A DNA stretch of 64,000 nucleotides from Zygnema circumcarinatum SAG 698-1b (lineage: Eukaryota > Plantae > Zygnematophyceae), in contig CM074810.1 in the NCBI GenBank assembly GCA_037447605.1, forward strand, positions 3,072,880 to 3,136,879. Reading direction: 5' to 3'. The notes under the pieces are model-generated. The model did not search any database. It was given only the letters and a program-made list of their open reading frames with translations, and was not told where the DNA came from. The translations under genes and the position numbers were made by a program. Shown piece after piece: positions 1-12,655 of the stretch; the stretch's first letter is position 1; the number at the start of each line of letters is the position of its first letter.

Positions 1-3000
1 CAGGATGCATACAAATAAAGGTACCAGACAGGCAGGAAACTACAGACAAGGAGAGGACCAGGACAGGCAGGCAACTATACAAGGAAAGGCACCAGGACAG
101 GCAGGGACGCAGAACAAGGAAGGGTCAGAACAGGCAGGGGCTGCATACAAGGAAGGTGTCAGGGGACAGATAAGCTCAGACAAGGAAGAGGACCAGGACA
201 GGCAGGGGATGAGACTAGGCAAGAGGACCAGGACAGGCAGGGGAACCAGGACAGGAGAGGCACCAGGACAGGCAGGGGAACTAGACAAGGAAGGTCAGGT
301 ACAGGATAGGACGCATACAAGGAAGGTGCACCAGGACAGGCAGGAAAGCTCAGTACAGGAAGAGCACCAGAACAGGCAGGGGAACCAGACAAGGAAGGAT
401 TTATAAAATGACAAGGAAGGTATTAGGACAGGGCAGGGGATGTATACAAGGAAGGGACTGAGGCAATAGGGACTATACAAAGTAAGAGGACTCAGACAGG
501 CAGGGAATGACAGACAAGGAAGGTATTAGGCAGGAGGGGAATTTGGATACAAGGCAGGAATCAGAACAGGCAGGAAATGCAGGACAAGGAAGGCGTCAGG
601 ACAGGCAGGAAACTATAACAAGTAACAGGATCAGGAAGGGGGTAGGGGTCATAAGAGGAAGGCACAGGACAGGACAGGAATGCATACAAGGAAGGATCAG
701 AACAGGCAGGATGCATACAAGGAGAGAATCAGGACAGGCAGGGTGCATACAAGGAAGGACTAGAACAGGAGGGGGGCTACAGGACAAGGAAGGGACCAGG
801 ACAGGCAGGAAATCAGACAAGGAAGAGGCACCAGAACAGGCAGGAAACTATACAAGGAAGAGGCACCAGGACAGGCAGGATGAGCACAAGGCAAGGCACC
901 AGGCAGGAGGGGACCATACAAGGAAAGGTGACTCAGGAAGAGGCAGGGGGGCCACAGACAAGGAGAGGCACCAGGACAGGCAGGGGGACCAGACAAGGAG
1001 AGGCACCAGGCAGGAGGGGGGTGCAGGCAGGAGAGGACCAGGAACAGGGCAGGGGAACTAGACAAGGAAGGTATCAGGACAGGTAGGGGAATGCAGTACA
1101 GGAGAGGGTCAGGGCAGGAGGGGGGTCAGACAGGGTAGGAATCAGGCACAGGCAGGGGATGACAGACAAGGAGAAGGACTAGTACAGGGATGCATACAGG
1201 AGAAATCAGACAGGTAGGATGTATACAAGGAAAGGCACCAGGACAGGGCAGGATGTATACAAGGAAGAGGTACTAGGGACAGGCAGGGGACTCAGACAAG
1301 GAGAGGTACTAGAACAGGCAGGAAACTATACAAGGAAGAGGCACCAGGACAGGCAAGGACGCATACAGGGAGGGTGTCAGGCAGGCAGGATGCATAGAGG
1401 AAGAGCACCAGGACAGGGCAGGGAATGCATACAAAGAGAGGATTAGGACAGGGAGGAAAGCCACAGACAAGAAAGGTCAAACAGCAGGAATGATACAAGG
1501 AAGGTATTAGGACAGGCAGGGGGGCTACAGGAAGAAACTCTACAGGCAACAGGCAGGAAACTATACAAGGAAGGATCAGAACAGGCAGGGGAATGATACA
1601 AGGAGAGGTATCAGGACAGGCAGGGGAACTCAGACAAGGAGAGGCACCAGGACAGGCAGGATGCAGCACAAGGAAGAGGTACCAGGACAGGGAAAACTAG
1701 CACAAGGAGAGGACTCAGCACAGGGCAGGGATGAGACAAGGAAGGATTAGGACAGGGAACTAGACAAGGAAGGATCAGGTACAGGCACTATACAGGGAAC
1801 AGGTATCAGGACAGGGCAGGGGCCAGACAAGGAAAGGACCAGGAACAGGCAGGGGAACTATACAAGGAAGGGTAGGACTGAGAACAGGCAGGGAATGCAG
1901 TACAGGGGGGGAGGGAGCAGGGGACAGGGCAGGGGGGTCAGACAAGAACAGGATCAGAACAGGCAGGGAATGCATACAAGGAAGGGATCAGTAACAGGGC
2001 AACTATACAAGGAAAGATTAGGACAGGGCAGGATGCAGTACAAGGAAGGATCATACAACAGGGGAGGGGGGCCAACAGTACAAGGAAGAGGCACCAGGAC
2101 AGGCATGCTAGACAAGGAAGGTGTTAGGACAGGCAAAGGTGCCAGACAATAAGGATCAGGAAGGGACAGGGGATGCATACAAGGAAGAGGCATTAGGACA
2201 GGCAGGATGCATACAAGGAAGGACCAGGACAGGCAAAGTTACGAGGCACAGGAGAGGTATCAGACATGCATGGGAACGCATACAAGCTGGAAGGTGATCA
2301 GGACAGGCAGGATGATACAAGGAAGGAGGACAGGCAGGGGACTGAGACAAGGAGAGGATCAGGACAGGCAGGGATGCATAACAGGAGGGCTCAGGTAGGG
2401 AGGGGCTACAGACAAGGTAGGCACCAGGAGCAGGCAGGGGGACTGCAGACAGGGAAAGGACCAGGACAGGCAGGGGGACCAGTACAGGAGAGGGATCAGG
2501 GTAGAGGCAGGGGGGCCACAGGACAAGGAAGGACTCAGGAACAGGCAGGGGAACCAGTACAAGGGGAGGCACCAGGACAGGCAGGGGACGCATACAGGAG
2601 AGGCACCAGAACAGGCAGGATGTATACAAGGAAAGGCACTAGGACAGGGAGGAACTATACAAGGAAGGCGTCAGGGACAGGCAGGGATGCAGCAAAGGAA
2701 AGGCACCAGGACAGGTAGGGGACTACATACAGGAAGAGGACCAGGCAGGAGGTGCAGACAAGGAAGAGGCACCAGGAACAGGCAGGAAACCTCACAAGGA
2801 GGATCAGGACAGGCAGGGGAACTAGCACAAGGCAAGGAATTAGGACAGGCAGGGGTGAGACAAGGAAAGAGGACTCAGGACAGGCAGGATGCACATAAGT
2901 GTTAGGACAGGGCAGGGAAATGATACAGGAGAGGGGTCAGGGGGGAACAGGCAGGGGAACCAGCAAGGGGGGCAAGGAATTAGACAGGGCAGGGGTGCAG

Positions 3001-3737
3001 ACAAGTGAAGGGACTCAGGGAAGAGGCAGGGGATGCAGGACAAGGAGGGTATCAGAACAGGCAGGGGAACCAGACAAGGAAGGTACCAGGACAGGAGGGG
3101 GGAATGCATACAAATAAGGGCTCAGGGACAGCAGGGGGACCAGACAAGAAGAGGACCAGGACAGGCAGGGGGGTCACAGAGCAGGAAGGACCAGGAACAG
3201 GAGGGGAATGAACAGGACAAGGAGAGGACTCAGAACAGGCAGGGACGATACAAGGCAGGGACTAGGCAGGAGGGGGGACTAGTACAAGGAGAGGCATCAG
3301 TACAGGGCAGGTATGCTACAGGACAAGGAAACAGGATCAGGACAGGGAGGGGGGAACGACAGACAAGGAAGAGGCACCAGAACAGGCAGGATGATACAAG
3401 GAGAGGACTCAGGACAGGCAGGATGCAGTACAAGGAAGGTACTAGAACAGGCAGGGGGACCAGACAAGGAAAGAGGACCAGAACAGGAGGGGACTACAGG
3501 ACAAGGAGAGGCACCTAGGACAGGGAGGGGAATGATAGAAAGAGGATTAGGACAGGGCAGGGAACCACACAAGGAAGGATCAGGAGAGGCAGGGGAACTA
3601 GACAAGGAGAGGTCACAACAGGACAGGGATGTATACAAGGAAGGACCAGAACAGGCAGGGAATGCACACAGGACAGGGCTCAGGACAGGGCAGGGGGACC
3701 AGACAAGGAAGAGGACCAGGACAGAGCAGGGGGGCTG
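1..3737. repeat. Degenerate purine-rich ~40-bp satellite/minisatellite, apparently inside an ispD intron; runs off the 5' end of the window
   Basis: Continuous recurrence of ACCAGGACAGGCAGGGG...ACAAGGAAG modules for 3.7 kb, with very few T on the + strand. The first visible ispD exon (4200) is internal, so earlier exons lie upstream of the array. Confidence 0.9.
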
Positions 3738-3780
3738 AGAAGAAGGAAGGTGCTAGAGAGGCAGGGGGCTGAGAGAGGGG

Positions 3781-3900
3781 GGTAGGGGCTAGGGGTAGGG
3801 AGGGGGCGTAGGGTAAGGGGGGTAGGGGCTAGGGGTAGGGAGGGGGCGTAGGGTAAGGGGGGTAGGGGCTAGGGGTAGGGAGGGGGCGTAGGGTAAGGGG
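3781..3900. repeat. Three exact copies of a 40-bp G-rich unit
   Basis: GGTAGGGGCTAGGGGTAGGGAGGGGGCGTAGGGTAAGGGG at 3781, 3821 and 3861. Confidence 0.95.
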
Positions 3901-4199
3901 GTAGGGGAGGGGAGAGGGGAGAGGAGGGGAAGAGGGGAGGGAGGAAGGAGGAAGGGGGGGAGGGGGGGCGGGGGGAAGGAGGGAGGTTGGGAGGGGGGGA
4001 GGGGGGAGAGAAACATTAGGATTGGGGTTCGTGCCTTTGAGAATTAGGCTGAAGGGGAGAGGATGGCAGGATCTGTGCATGACACGTGTCAAGAAACAGG
4101 TGGCAGGTCGCTGGTACTGACACGTGGCACTGTGATAGAAAGACAGCTGGCAGTAGGGACTCTCTCCTGAACGGTAAACCGTAATGCGTGACGGAGCAG

Positions 4200-5861
4200 G
4201 TGATTCACGACGGAATGAGACATGGAGCCGCAGTTTTGGGAGTTCCTGTGAAAGCGACCATCAAGGAGGTGCTATCTGAAGGAAAACAAAATCTTATATT
4301 TCTTTGTTTTCTTGAGTGTTTGAAATTTTCACAATTCGACAAGAATCGCTGCCCCTTATAAAGGATTTTTAAATTTCCGAAAGTAAGTCGCTTCTTATCT
4401 CTAAATTAAACATCGTATCGTATTTCTTGTTTTTCCTTTTTTTTGTTGCCCGGGCAGGCGGGCAGCAACCGCTTCGTGACAAAAACATTGGACAGACGCC
4501 TGCTATGGGAAATGCAGACGCCGCAGGTTGGTTTTTTTTTTTTTTTTTCCTTTTTCCCTCTCTCTTCTTTTTGTTTCCTTTTTTGTTGTTTTCAACCGTC
4601 TTCATTGGTGGTTCTGAGATTCTTGAATTTCTTAGGTTTCAGTACGTTGAATCTATTTAACCCTAAATTTTAGCTTGGACAGGTTTATTCGCATTCAGTA
4701 TCATTTAAATCTGAACTGAAACGTAACGACACTTGAACTGAACCTGGAACTGAAATTGGAACTGGAACTGCAACCAAACATTGAACATGAAATTGGGATG
4801 GAGCTCGACACTGATGAATCTGTGACTGAAAACTGAAACTGATACTGCATTGGATTTGAAACTGGGACCGAATGAACTATGACTGCAACTGAAACTGAAA
4901 AAGAAACTTAAACTGAAGCTGAAACTGAAACTGGAACTGAAACTGAGAGTGAAAGGGAAACAGAAACAGAAACAGAAACCGTAACTGTAACTGTAACTGT
5001 AACTGTAACTGAAGCTGAAGTTGAAGCTGAAGCTGAAGCTGAAACTGAAACTGAAACTGAAACCGAAGTGAACTGCGTGCAGGTAATCAGGCCGAGTCTG
5101 TTGCATGAAGGATTTGACCTCGTCAACAGGTGCGTTTCAAAGTCTTTGTTTTCCATACTTCTCCCTAAACATCTCTACTTCACTTCCTGCCTTTCTTCAG
5201 CGTTTTAACTTCATCGAGGTACTATCACCAATTCAGATTTTTCCTTTACAGGGTGCCGTTCCTTACTCAAGAGTAAACTTGCAGCAAAGGGCCCTTGTAA
5301 CCAAAACCCTAAAACCCTAAAACCCAACGCAAGTAAGTGTTTGGGATGTTAACAGAGAAAAGTTGGAAGTGACCGATGACGTGTCGATCGTGGAGCATTT
5401 GCATCTCCCTGTGTGCATCACAGAGGGCTCCTACACGAACCTCAAGGTGGGCACACAATGTACGGAAGGGAGGGAGTGAGAGGGAGGGAGAGGGAGAGAG
5501 AGGGAGAGAGAGAGACGGGGTCAGGGAGAGGAGAGGAGAGGGGGCGGTGGAGGGAGAGAGATGGAGAGAGGAGAGGGGAGAGGGGGAGGGGAGGAGTGGG
5601 GAAGGGAGGGAGGGAGGAGGGGGGTCAGAGGGGAGGGGGAGTGGGGGAGGGGAGAGAGAGGGAGGGGGGGGAGAAGGAGAGATAAAGAGGGAGAGTTGGA
5701 GAGGGTGAGGGAGGAGAGGAAGTGAGATCGGGAGAGGGAGGCGGAGAGGGGGAGATAGGGAACGAGAGAGTGGGCGAGAGAGAGAGGGAGAGAAAGAGGG
5801 CGAGCGAGAGAGATAGAGGTGGGGAGGGGGAGAGAGTGGGAGAGGGGGAAGAGAAAGAGAA

Positions 5862-5916
<55 letters not shown>

Positions 5917-6128
5917 CAGAGAGAGAGCGATCTCAGGGGGGAGGAGGGGGAGATTCTCAGGCTCTCAGGACTTTTCGAGTTTCTAGTAATTTTGGAGGCT
6001 TATAGACTAGCATCAAATGAATCACGACTTTTATTTATTTATTTTTTTTTTTTTTGAGAAATTTGCAGGTCACTACTCCGGACGACTTGCTGGTGGCGGA
6101 GCGCATTCTCAGCCAAAAAAAGAGATAA
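4200..6128 (+). CDS. ispD: 2-C-methyl-D-erythritol 4-phosphate cytidylyltransferase (MEP pathway), 3' exons only: 4200-4268, 4458-4526, 5083-5129, 5356-5446, 6069-6128
   Basis: The spliced translation [111 protein letters not shown] matches the plant IspD/MCT C-terminal half. All introns are GT-AG with consistent phases. Confidence 0.95.
4705..5075. repeat. Intronic hexamer array (ACTGAA/ACTGTA/GCTGAA variants)
   Basis: Tandem AACTGA-type hexamers between ispD exons 4526 and 5083. Confidence 0.85.
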
Positions 6129-6559
6129 AGAAAAAAATGGAGCCGCTGATTTTTTTTTTTTGACCCGTCAATGGGCTATAAGAGTAAAATTTTTGGAGTC
6201 CTCGAGAAAAATGAAGATATAGCGGGAATTCGTTTTTGTCTTTTTGGATTCTCTCGAGAGATTGTCGCAATAGGAGCATATTGTCACGTCATGAGAAGAA
6301 TTTGTCAATTTAAGAAAAATCAGGAAGAAAAAAGTGGAGTTAAAAATCATGCAGAGAAAACAGGAGTCGAGGAAAATAGGAGTCCAGATTAGTCTAGCTT
6401 AAAAAATATGTACTCGTGGTTTTTTTGTCCAAGTTTGTTGCGAAAAACCAGTTCGACGACAACTTATGTATCCTCACCTTATTTCAAATTGGAATTTGTC
6501 AGAATTTGAAGTGGTCTTACAAACGTTCTACAATGACTGATAAGTGTTTTATATATTGA

Positions 6560-6860
6560 CAGTGGTAGCCAATGGCAATGGTTGCCAACCAACCATTGCA
6601 ACCAGCCATTGCCGTTGGTTACCATTGGTTGGTAACCCAACCATTGGACGTCAATGGTTGGGCCTGCCTGGGCTGTACTTTATTAAGTTGACGGCAGCCA
6701 ACTGCGCGCTCTCTCACCTCTAAATTCCGAGGCACAAAACTTGAGTTTGCATCCACTGGTACCCAATGGATGGCACAATTGCCAATGGTTGGCAGGGTCG
6801 CGAACTAATGGGCCGCAATCCTTCCAATGGTTGATCCAATGGTTGGCTCGATGCTGCTGG
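6560..6860. repeat. Dispersed CCAATGG/CCATTGG-rich repeat family, copy 1
   Basis: Multiple CCAATGGTTG/CAACCATTGG motifs. 6750-6860 aligns in reverse complement to about 44020-44120. Confidence 0.75.
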
Positions 6861-7304
6861 TGTGATCCTCCCTATCGTGAGCCTCCGCGTGGCATTCCCT
6901 CTAAAGACTCGCCGGAGCGGCCAGACTGGGCGGCACTGTCGCGTAGCGGAGGTCCACTCGCCGGCATTAATCGTGGAAGCGGCCAAAGATTGGTTCAACA
7001 CGTGGTAAGCGTTCATTGGCCACAATCGTATCGGTGATTTCAGAGAAATCTGCTATCTTTTGGCCGTTTTGTCGTTTTTGACTTCTGTGAACAGATCCAA
7101 ATGTGCAAACGACAACTGGTCCCCGAGGGCCGTTTGGCAGTTTTCGGGTTTGACCATTGCGCTTTGTCGGTTTTTGCGCGACCTGAATGATTTGATTCCC
7201 CGCTTGCAACTGACAGGCCGTACATTCTAGACAGTTCGTACAATGCGTCAGGGAAGGGGAATCAACGCCCCGTAAAACGGAACAGAGTAAGAAAAAGAGA
7301 AATT

Positions 7305-8195
7305 CATTTTGGCATCTCAAAGAAAAAAAAAACTTTCAAGGCCAGTTTCTGAAAAAATACCGTTATATTTGTGAACACGATTCATTTTGAGAAATGAGAA
7401 ATGAATTCCTAATTTTTTTCTCAATACAATTTTTATGGAGAAGCAATTGACCACTGAAAAGTCAATTATCGTTCGCATTCAATTGGATTGGTTTTCCTTG
7501 AGTCCACGGATCAACAATGAGATATTAGCGGATCGCCAAGGACGTGGACCCGGTCGTCCGTACATAAATTGTCGATCGGCTCGAGGGAAGAGTCGTACGA
7601 AAAATATGGCGTCCCGACTAACCGGTTCCCATTTTACGGTACTGTACATAATTTGTCGTGTTATGAGGTTGACTTCTGGTCGACGGCATGTGCGGCGTGC
7701 GGGCCTGACAGGATTGATTTTTAAGAATTTGGGAGATCGACTTTTTCAAATTTCCAACTACAAATTCCTACTTTTAAAGAAAAAGTCAGCGACTGTGTCT
7801 CAATGTGTTCGGTCGCACGTGTGGATTTCGCTTTTTGCCACGTTGGTTCTGTGCAATTTGAGGGATTCGGTTAAACCGGACCCAATTTTATTCGTACAAC
7901 TCTTCTCGCGAACAGATCAACAATTAATGTACAAACGACCGGGTCCACGCCCCTGGCGATCCGCTAGTATCTCATTGTTGATCGGTGGACTCGAGGAAAA
8001 TTCAAACTGAACACGAACGATAATTGACTGTTCAATGGTCAATTGGTTCTCCATAAATATCGTATTGAGAAAAAATTTAGCGAAAAAAATTTAGCGATTC
8101 ATTTCTCATTCTGAAAATGAATCTTGTTCACAAATATAACGTTATTTTTTCAGGAACTGGTTTTAAAAGTTCAATTGTTTTGAGAAGCCAGAATC
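7305..8195. mobile_element. Foldback/MITE-like element with ~300-bp imperfect inverted arms
   Basis: Left CCAGTTTCTGAAAAAATACCGTTATATTTGTGAACACGATTCATTTTGAGAAATGAGAAATGAAT is the near reverse complement of right ATTCATTTCTCATTCTGAAAATGAATCTTGTTCACAAATATAACGTTATTTTTTCAGGAACTGG. Pairing continues inward to about 7600/7890. No TSD resolved. Confidence 0.8.
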
Positions 8196-9596
8196 TTTAA
8201 AATTGTTTTCTCAATCTCGGGTTTACGGCAATAATTAGATTTTTTCTTTTTGGAAAAATGTCGGTTAGTCTCGTCCCTTGGCACGCGCGACAGCCCGAAT
8301 CCTACGATCACCGACCGGTGCCCGAAGATATTTTTCTTTCATGAGCGCATCGCAAAGAACAAAGTTCGTACACAATTGACCCTTCGAAGTGAACATCCGT
8401 ACATATTCACCGACACCACCGACACCAACGACATTTACCGACACTTGCTGAAAATAGGTGATGAGGAGCGAGCCACGTGGGCCCGTTCGGAAACTCCGTG
8501 GAGGCCGCCCCCGTGAACAGTGCCCTGGGCGGCACCACGCGTCAAGATCGTGGCCAGACGACGGCGAAAGCCGACAAAGAAAAACGACAACGGACGGTGG
8601 CACAAGCCACGTGGCTAGATGCATGTTACCACGTGCACAAAATCTGGAAATGCGACAAAAAGTCAGAAGGCACAGAATCGCGAACATGCTGACGAAGAAT
8701 CTGATCATGGCGGAAAATCTAGTGCCAAACATTTTATTTTAGATGGAAAAAAATAATTGAATGTCGGAATAGGTTTGTAAAACTATTTACCGCTGTTTCG
8801 AGCCTTTTCGACTTCTGAAAAGCCAAAAAAATTATTCGATTTTTTTTGTTTTTTTCTAGACGCCAAATATTCCTCCCAATCTTTGACTTTTCGAACAGCG
8901 GCCCAACCCCCCGATATGGATCGTTCGGGTATGCTCCTCCGTACATACGAATTATCGTACGGTAAACTTGTCCATATCATTCGTACACAAACGTACTTGT
9001 CAAGATTCACTCCAATTTCCGTACACCAGTTGTACAAATCCGCAGCAAGCGTCGAAATTTCCTTCAATAAAACAACGTGATAATTTTGTCGTTTGGCAAG
9101 ACGACACTCATACCGTCCAGCCACCCCTGCCGCCCAAGCCCATCGCCTATCGGCGGCCGATCTCAACTGTCCAGCTTCCCGATACGGCGTTCATCGGGCG
9201 GCCCCAAATCGGCCAAAAGCCCGACCCACAAAACGACAGCTAGCTGCGGCGGTTTCCTTCCCGGTCTCGCACCTGCGAAGAACGGCTGGGGCGCAGCCAC
9301 GTCGCCCCCAACTTTCCGTTTTTTTGCGAGTCGTGAAAGGTGGCGCTCTCCCATTGGGCACCAAGTCGTCGCCGCAGGCTTTCGTACGGTATCAGTACGA
9401 AAACGTACAAACGAGGGGACCCAGGGCGGCTGACGGCTGCGGGAGGGGGACGAAGCGCAAGACGGGGGAAAGGGACAGAGAGAGAAAGCGGGAGAGGGAG
9501 AGGTATAGGGAGAGGGAGTGGGAGAGGGAGAGGGAGAGGGAGAGGGAGTGGGATTAAGAGAGGGAGAGGAAGAGGGTTCAGGGTTCAGGGTCTGCC

Positions 9597-12500
9597 ATGG
9601 AAGCGGCGGAGGAGCGCGAGAGCGAGCTGAAGGCTCTGTTCGTGTTCCAGAGCAGGGAGAAGCCCGGTCCGTACGCCCTACTACCTCCTCCCCCTAGTGG
9701 TTTTGTCGGGACTTGGGCCAATGGGGGCCATGGGCCTCCCTCATTGCATAGTACATTGCGCGGAGGGGCGCCTTGGAATGCATTTGAATGGAAAAAATGA
9801 TCTTTTTGAGGCAAACAAAAAAAAATGGGGGGATGACATGAGGAATTGAATCGCATTTCTGGACCATCAGCTGCATTGCACGCAACTGCAGATCAGCAGA
9901 AAGAGCATCCTTGTTGCATTTTTTTTCCCTTTTGGGGTTCGTAACAATGTGAGGATAATGAATGGGACAAATTTTGGGGTGGATGCTCGAGGGCTAAAAC
10001 TGCATTTTTTGAATTTTCCACGTCGGGAAATGTATTGGATCTATCTCTCTCCCTCTCTCTCTCTCACTCTCTCTTTCTCTTTCTCTCCCTCTCTCATCTC
10101 TAGATTCCTCTCCCTCCATCTTCCTCTTCGATTCCACACCCTTAGACTTCTCCGATCTCTCGCTCCCTTACCTCCCCTCCTCTCCCTCTCCCTTTTCCCC
10201 TCCTCTCGTCTCCCTCTTCCTTCTCACACGCCTTCCCCCCCCTCCCCATACAGCACACAATTCCCGACACCCTAACTTTCCCCATTCCCCTCCTTTTCTA
10301 CCCTCTCCTCTTCAATCGGTCCGATCCCATTCTGTCCCTCCCTCCATTCCTTCCCGCTTTACCCACCTTACCCTCCTCCTCTCGCTCTCTCCCACCCCAT
10401 CCCACTCAATGTCTCACCATGCCTCTCCTACTCCCGTGCCTCCTTTCGCCCTACGCTCTGTCATCCTCCACCTCCCACTATCCCCCTTCCGTCCGTGCCC
10501 TTTCCCCCTTCCCTGTTCTCACCCTCTCCCTCCTCCGCTCACTCTCTCATTGTTCCTTCACCATCTCCATTCCCCACTTCCCTTTTCCACGTTCTCCCTT
10601 CCCCCCCCCGCTTTTGACACGCTCTTCCACCCCCCTTCCGCCTCCCCCTCTCACCCTCCCCCTCTCACCCTCTCCCTCTCCCATTCCAACCCCCCTTCCG
10701 CCTTCCCTTCTCACCGTCCCCCACTCACCCTCTCCTCCTCCCTTCCCCCCCCCCCCTTCGCCTTCCTCTCACCCTCTCCCTCTCCCTTTCCCCCACCCTT
10801 TCGCCTTCCCCTCTCACNNNNNNNNNNTTCCCCCCCCCCTTCCCCCTCCCTCTCACACGCTTTCCTTCCCCCTCTCCCTCTCCACCCCCTTCCCCCTCCC
10901 TCTCTCACCCTCTCCTTCCCCCTCCCCCTCCCCACCCCCTCCTTTCCCCTCCCTCTCTCACCCCCCACCTCCCCCTCCCTCCCCGCCCTCCCCTCTCCCT
11001 GCAGCCCACTTCCGCAGCCTTCACCTCTCCGATGCGGAGGGCGGCGCGCGGTTCGTGATGGCCGAGTTCCTGCTCTCCCCCGCGCTCGGGTGCATGCCCA
11101 TCTCGACCTCCCGCGCGGAGCTCTTCGCGGACGCGCGGAGCGGCCTCGAGTTCCTCGCGACGCTGCGCGCACTCTACGAGGGGGAGAGCTGGGCGCTGCG
11201 CGTCAACTTCTGGGAGGCGCGCCTACTCACCACCGTTGTGCCGCCACTCTTCCGCTTCTCCAAGTGGGTGCTCGCCTGCCTGCCTTCAGCCGCCGGCGGG
11301 GAGGACGAGGGGGGAGGGGGAAAGAGGAAAGGGGAAAGGGGAAAGGAAACAATAACATGCGTAAAGTTTCAAGTTGTTGTTGGCAGAACTCGACTTGCAG
11401 GGTCGGCTACAATGTGGTTGCGAATGTTTACTCTGTTTCATTTCTGATGTTCTATTTCCTTTTGGTTGTTGTTCGCATTCACGTGTACAGAAACCCGGCG
11501 TTGAAGACGATCCCTCTGCTCGCCCACGATCTCGCCATTGTGGAGATGAAGGCGCAGGAGGAGGAGTACAAAACGCAGCAACGGAGTCTCATGGAGCAGC
11601 AGAAGCAGGTGGCGGCGGTACTGAGGGCGCAGGGGAATCCGTCGCAGACGACGGCACAGATCCCACATGGAGACGGAACATGGAGCCCCACTGAGCCCCC
11701 TGGGCGGGCGGGAGCCATGAGGGCCCCCCCCCATGCATGGCCGCGCCATCCCACACATCATCAGGCCATGGCACCCATGCAGGGCTTCAGGCCCGGGAAC
11801 GGAGTAACGGACTACATGTGTGAAAATGACGGAAATCGGCACAATTCGCCGGATGTTGTGGGACCGAAGAGTCCGCAGGGGCAGGGAGACCATGGGAGTC
11901 CGCTGGCAGAGACGTCATCATCGTGGGGGACTGAGGTGAGGGAGAGGAGAGAGAGAGAGTAGAGAGAGGGGAGAGAGGGGGGGAGATGGCAGAGGAGAGG
12001 AGAGAGAGAAGAGAGAGTGAGAGAGGAGAGAAGGAGAGGAGGAGGAGGAGGGGGGGAGTTGGTGTTAGGGGATGAGGGGGGGGGTGGGAGAGATTTGGGA
12101 AGAGAAGCGGGAGAAGGGCAGGAGGAGGAAGGGTGTTAAGGATATTGAGAGGTTCGAAGGTGGGAGAGATGGGGGGAGGGAGGGGACTCAGGTGAGAGTG
12201 ACGTGGCACGAAAGAAGGAGAGGAGAACGAGGGGCGGAGAGGGAGAAGTGTATTGAGAGAGATGGAAAGTGGCCGGGGGGCTGAGGGAGATAGAGGAGGA
12301 AAGGACAGCAAGGGGGAGAGAGAGCGGGAGAGAGGGAGAGCATGGGAAGAGGGGAAACGGAGGCGTTCATGTAATGCAAACATGTGGGAAACTAAAAATG
12401 CGTTTCTTTTGGCGCATATCTGCAGACGCACAGTACGGGAATGGAGGAGCGGTCGGCTGCACGCCTGCTTCCGCTCGATCCGGAGGTAAACAGAACTGGG

Positions 12501-12598
12501 CTCAAGTATAGAATTTCGGATAAAATGCACGCATTAGATTGACCTTCTTGGAGCGATGATTTCATGTGTGTTTTTTCTTATTATGCTCATGATCCTTA

Positions 12599-12655
<57 letters not shown>

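Noticed and set aside
1-3737. CRISPR-like repeat-spacer reading of the array
   Set aside because: No constant repeat with unique spacers, eukaryotic context, no cas genes
5-3738. Dozens of 60-180 aa ORFs on both strands
   Set aside because: They are translations of the T-poor satellite (few stops by composition), with no protein-like signal
4705-5156. ETET/FSFS/VSVS-type ORFs
   Set aside because: They lie in a homology-defined ispD intron and are interrupted by stops; this is a hexamer repeat
10409-11962. 517-aa ORF as a single-exon gene
   Set aside because: It is a chimera of an intronic CT tract, the wrong frame of exon 2 and the true frame of exon 3 of the RKD gene
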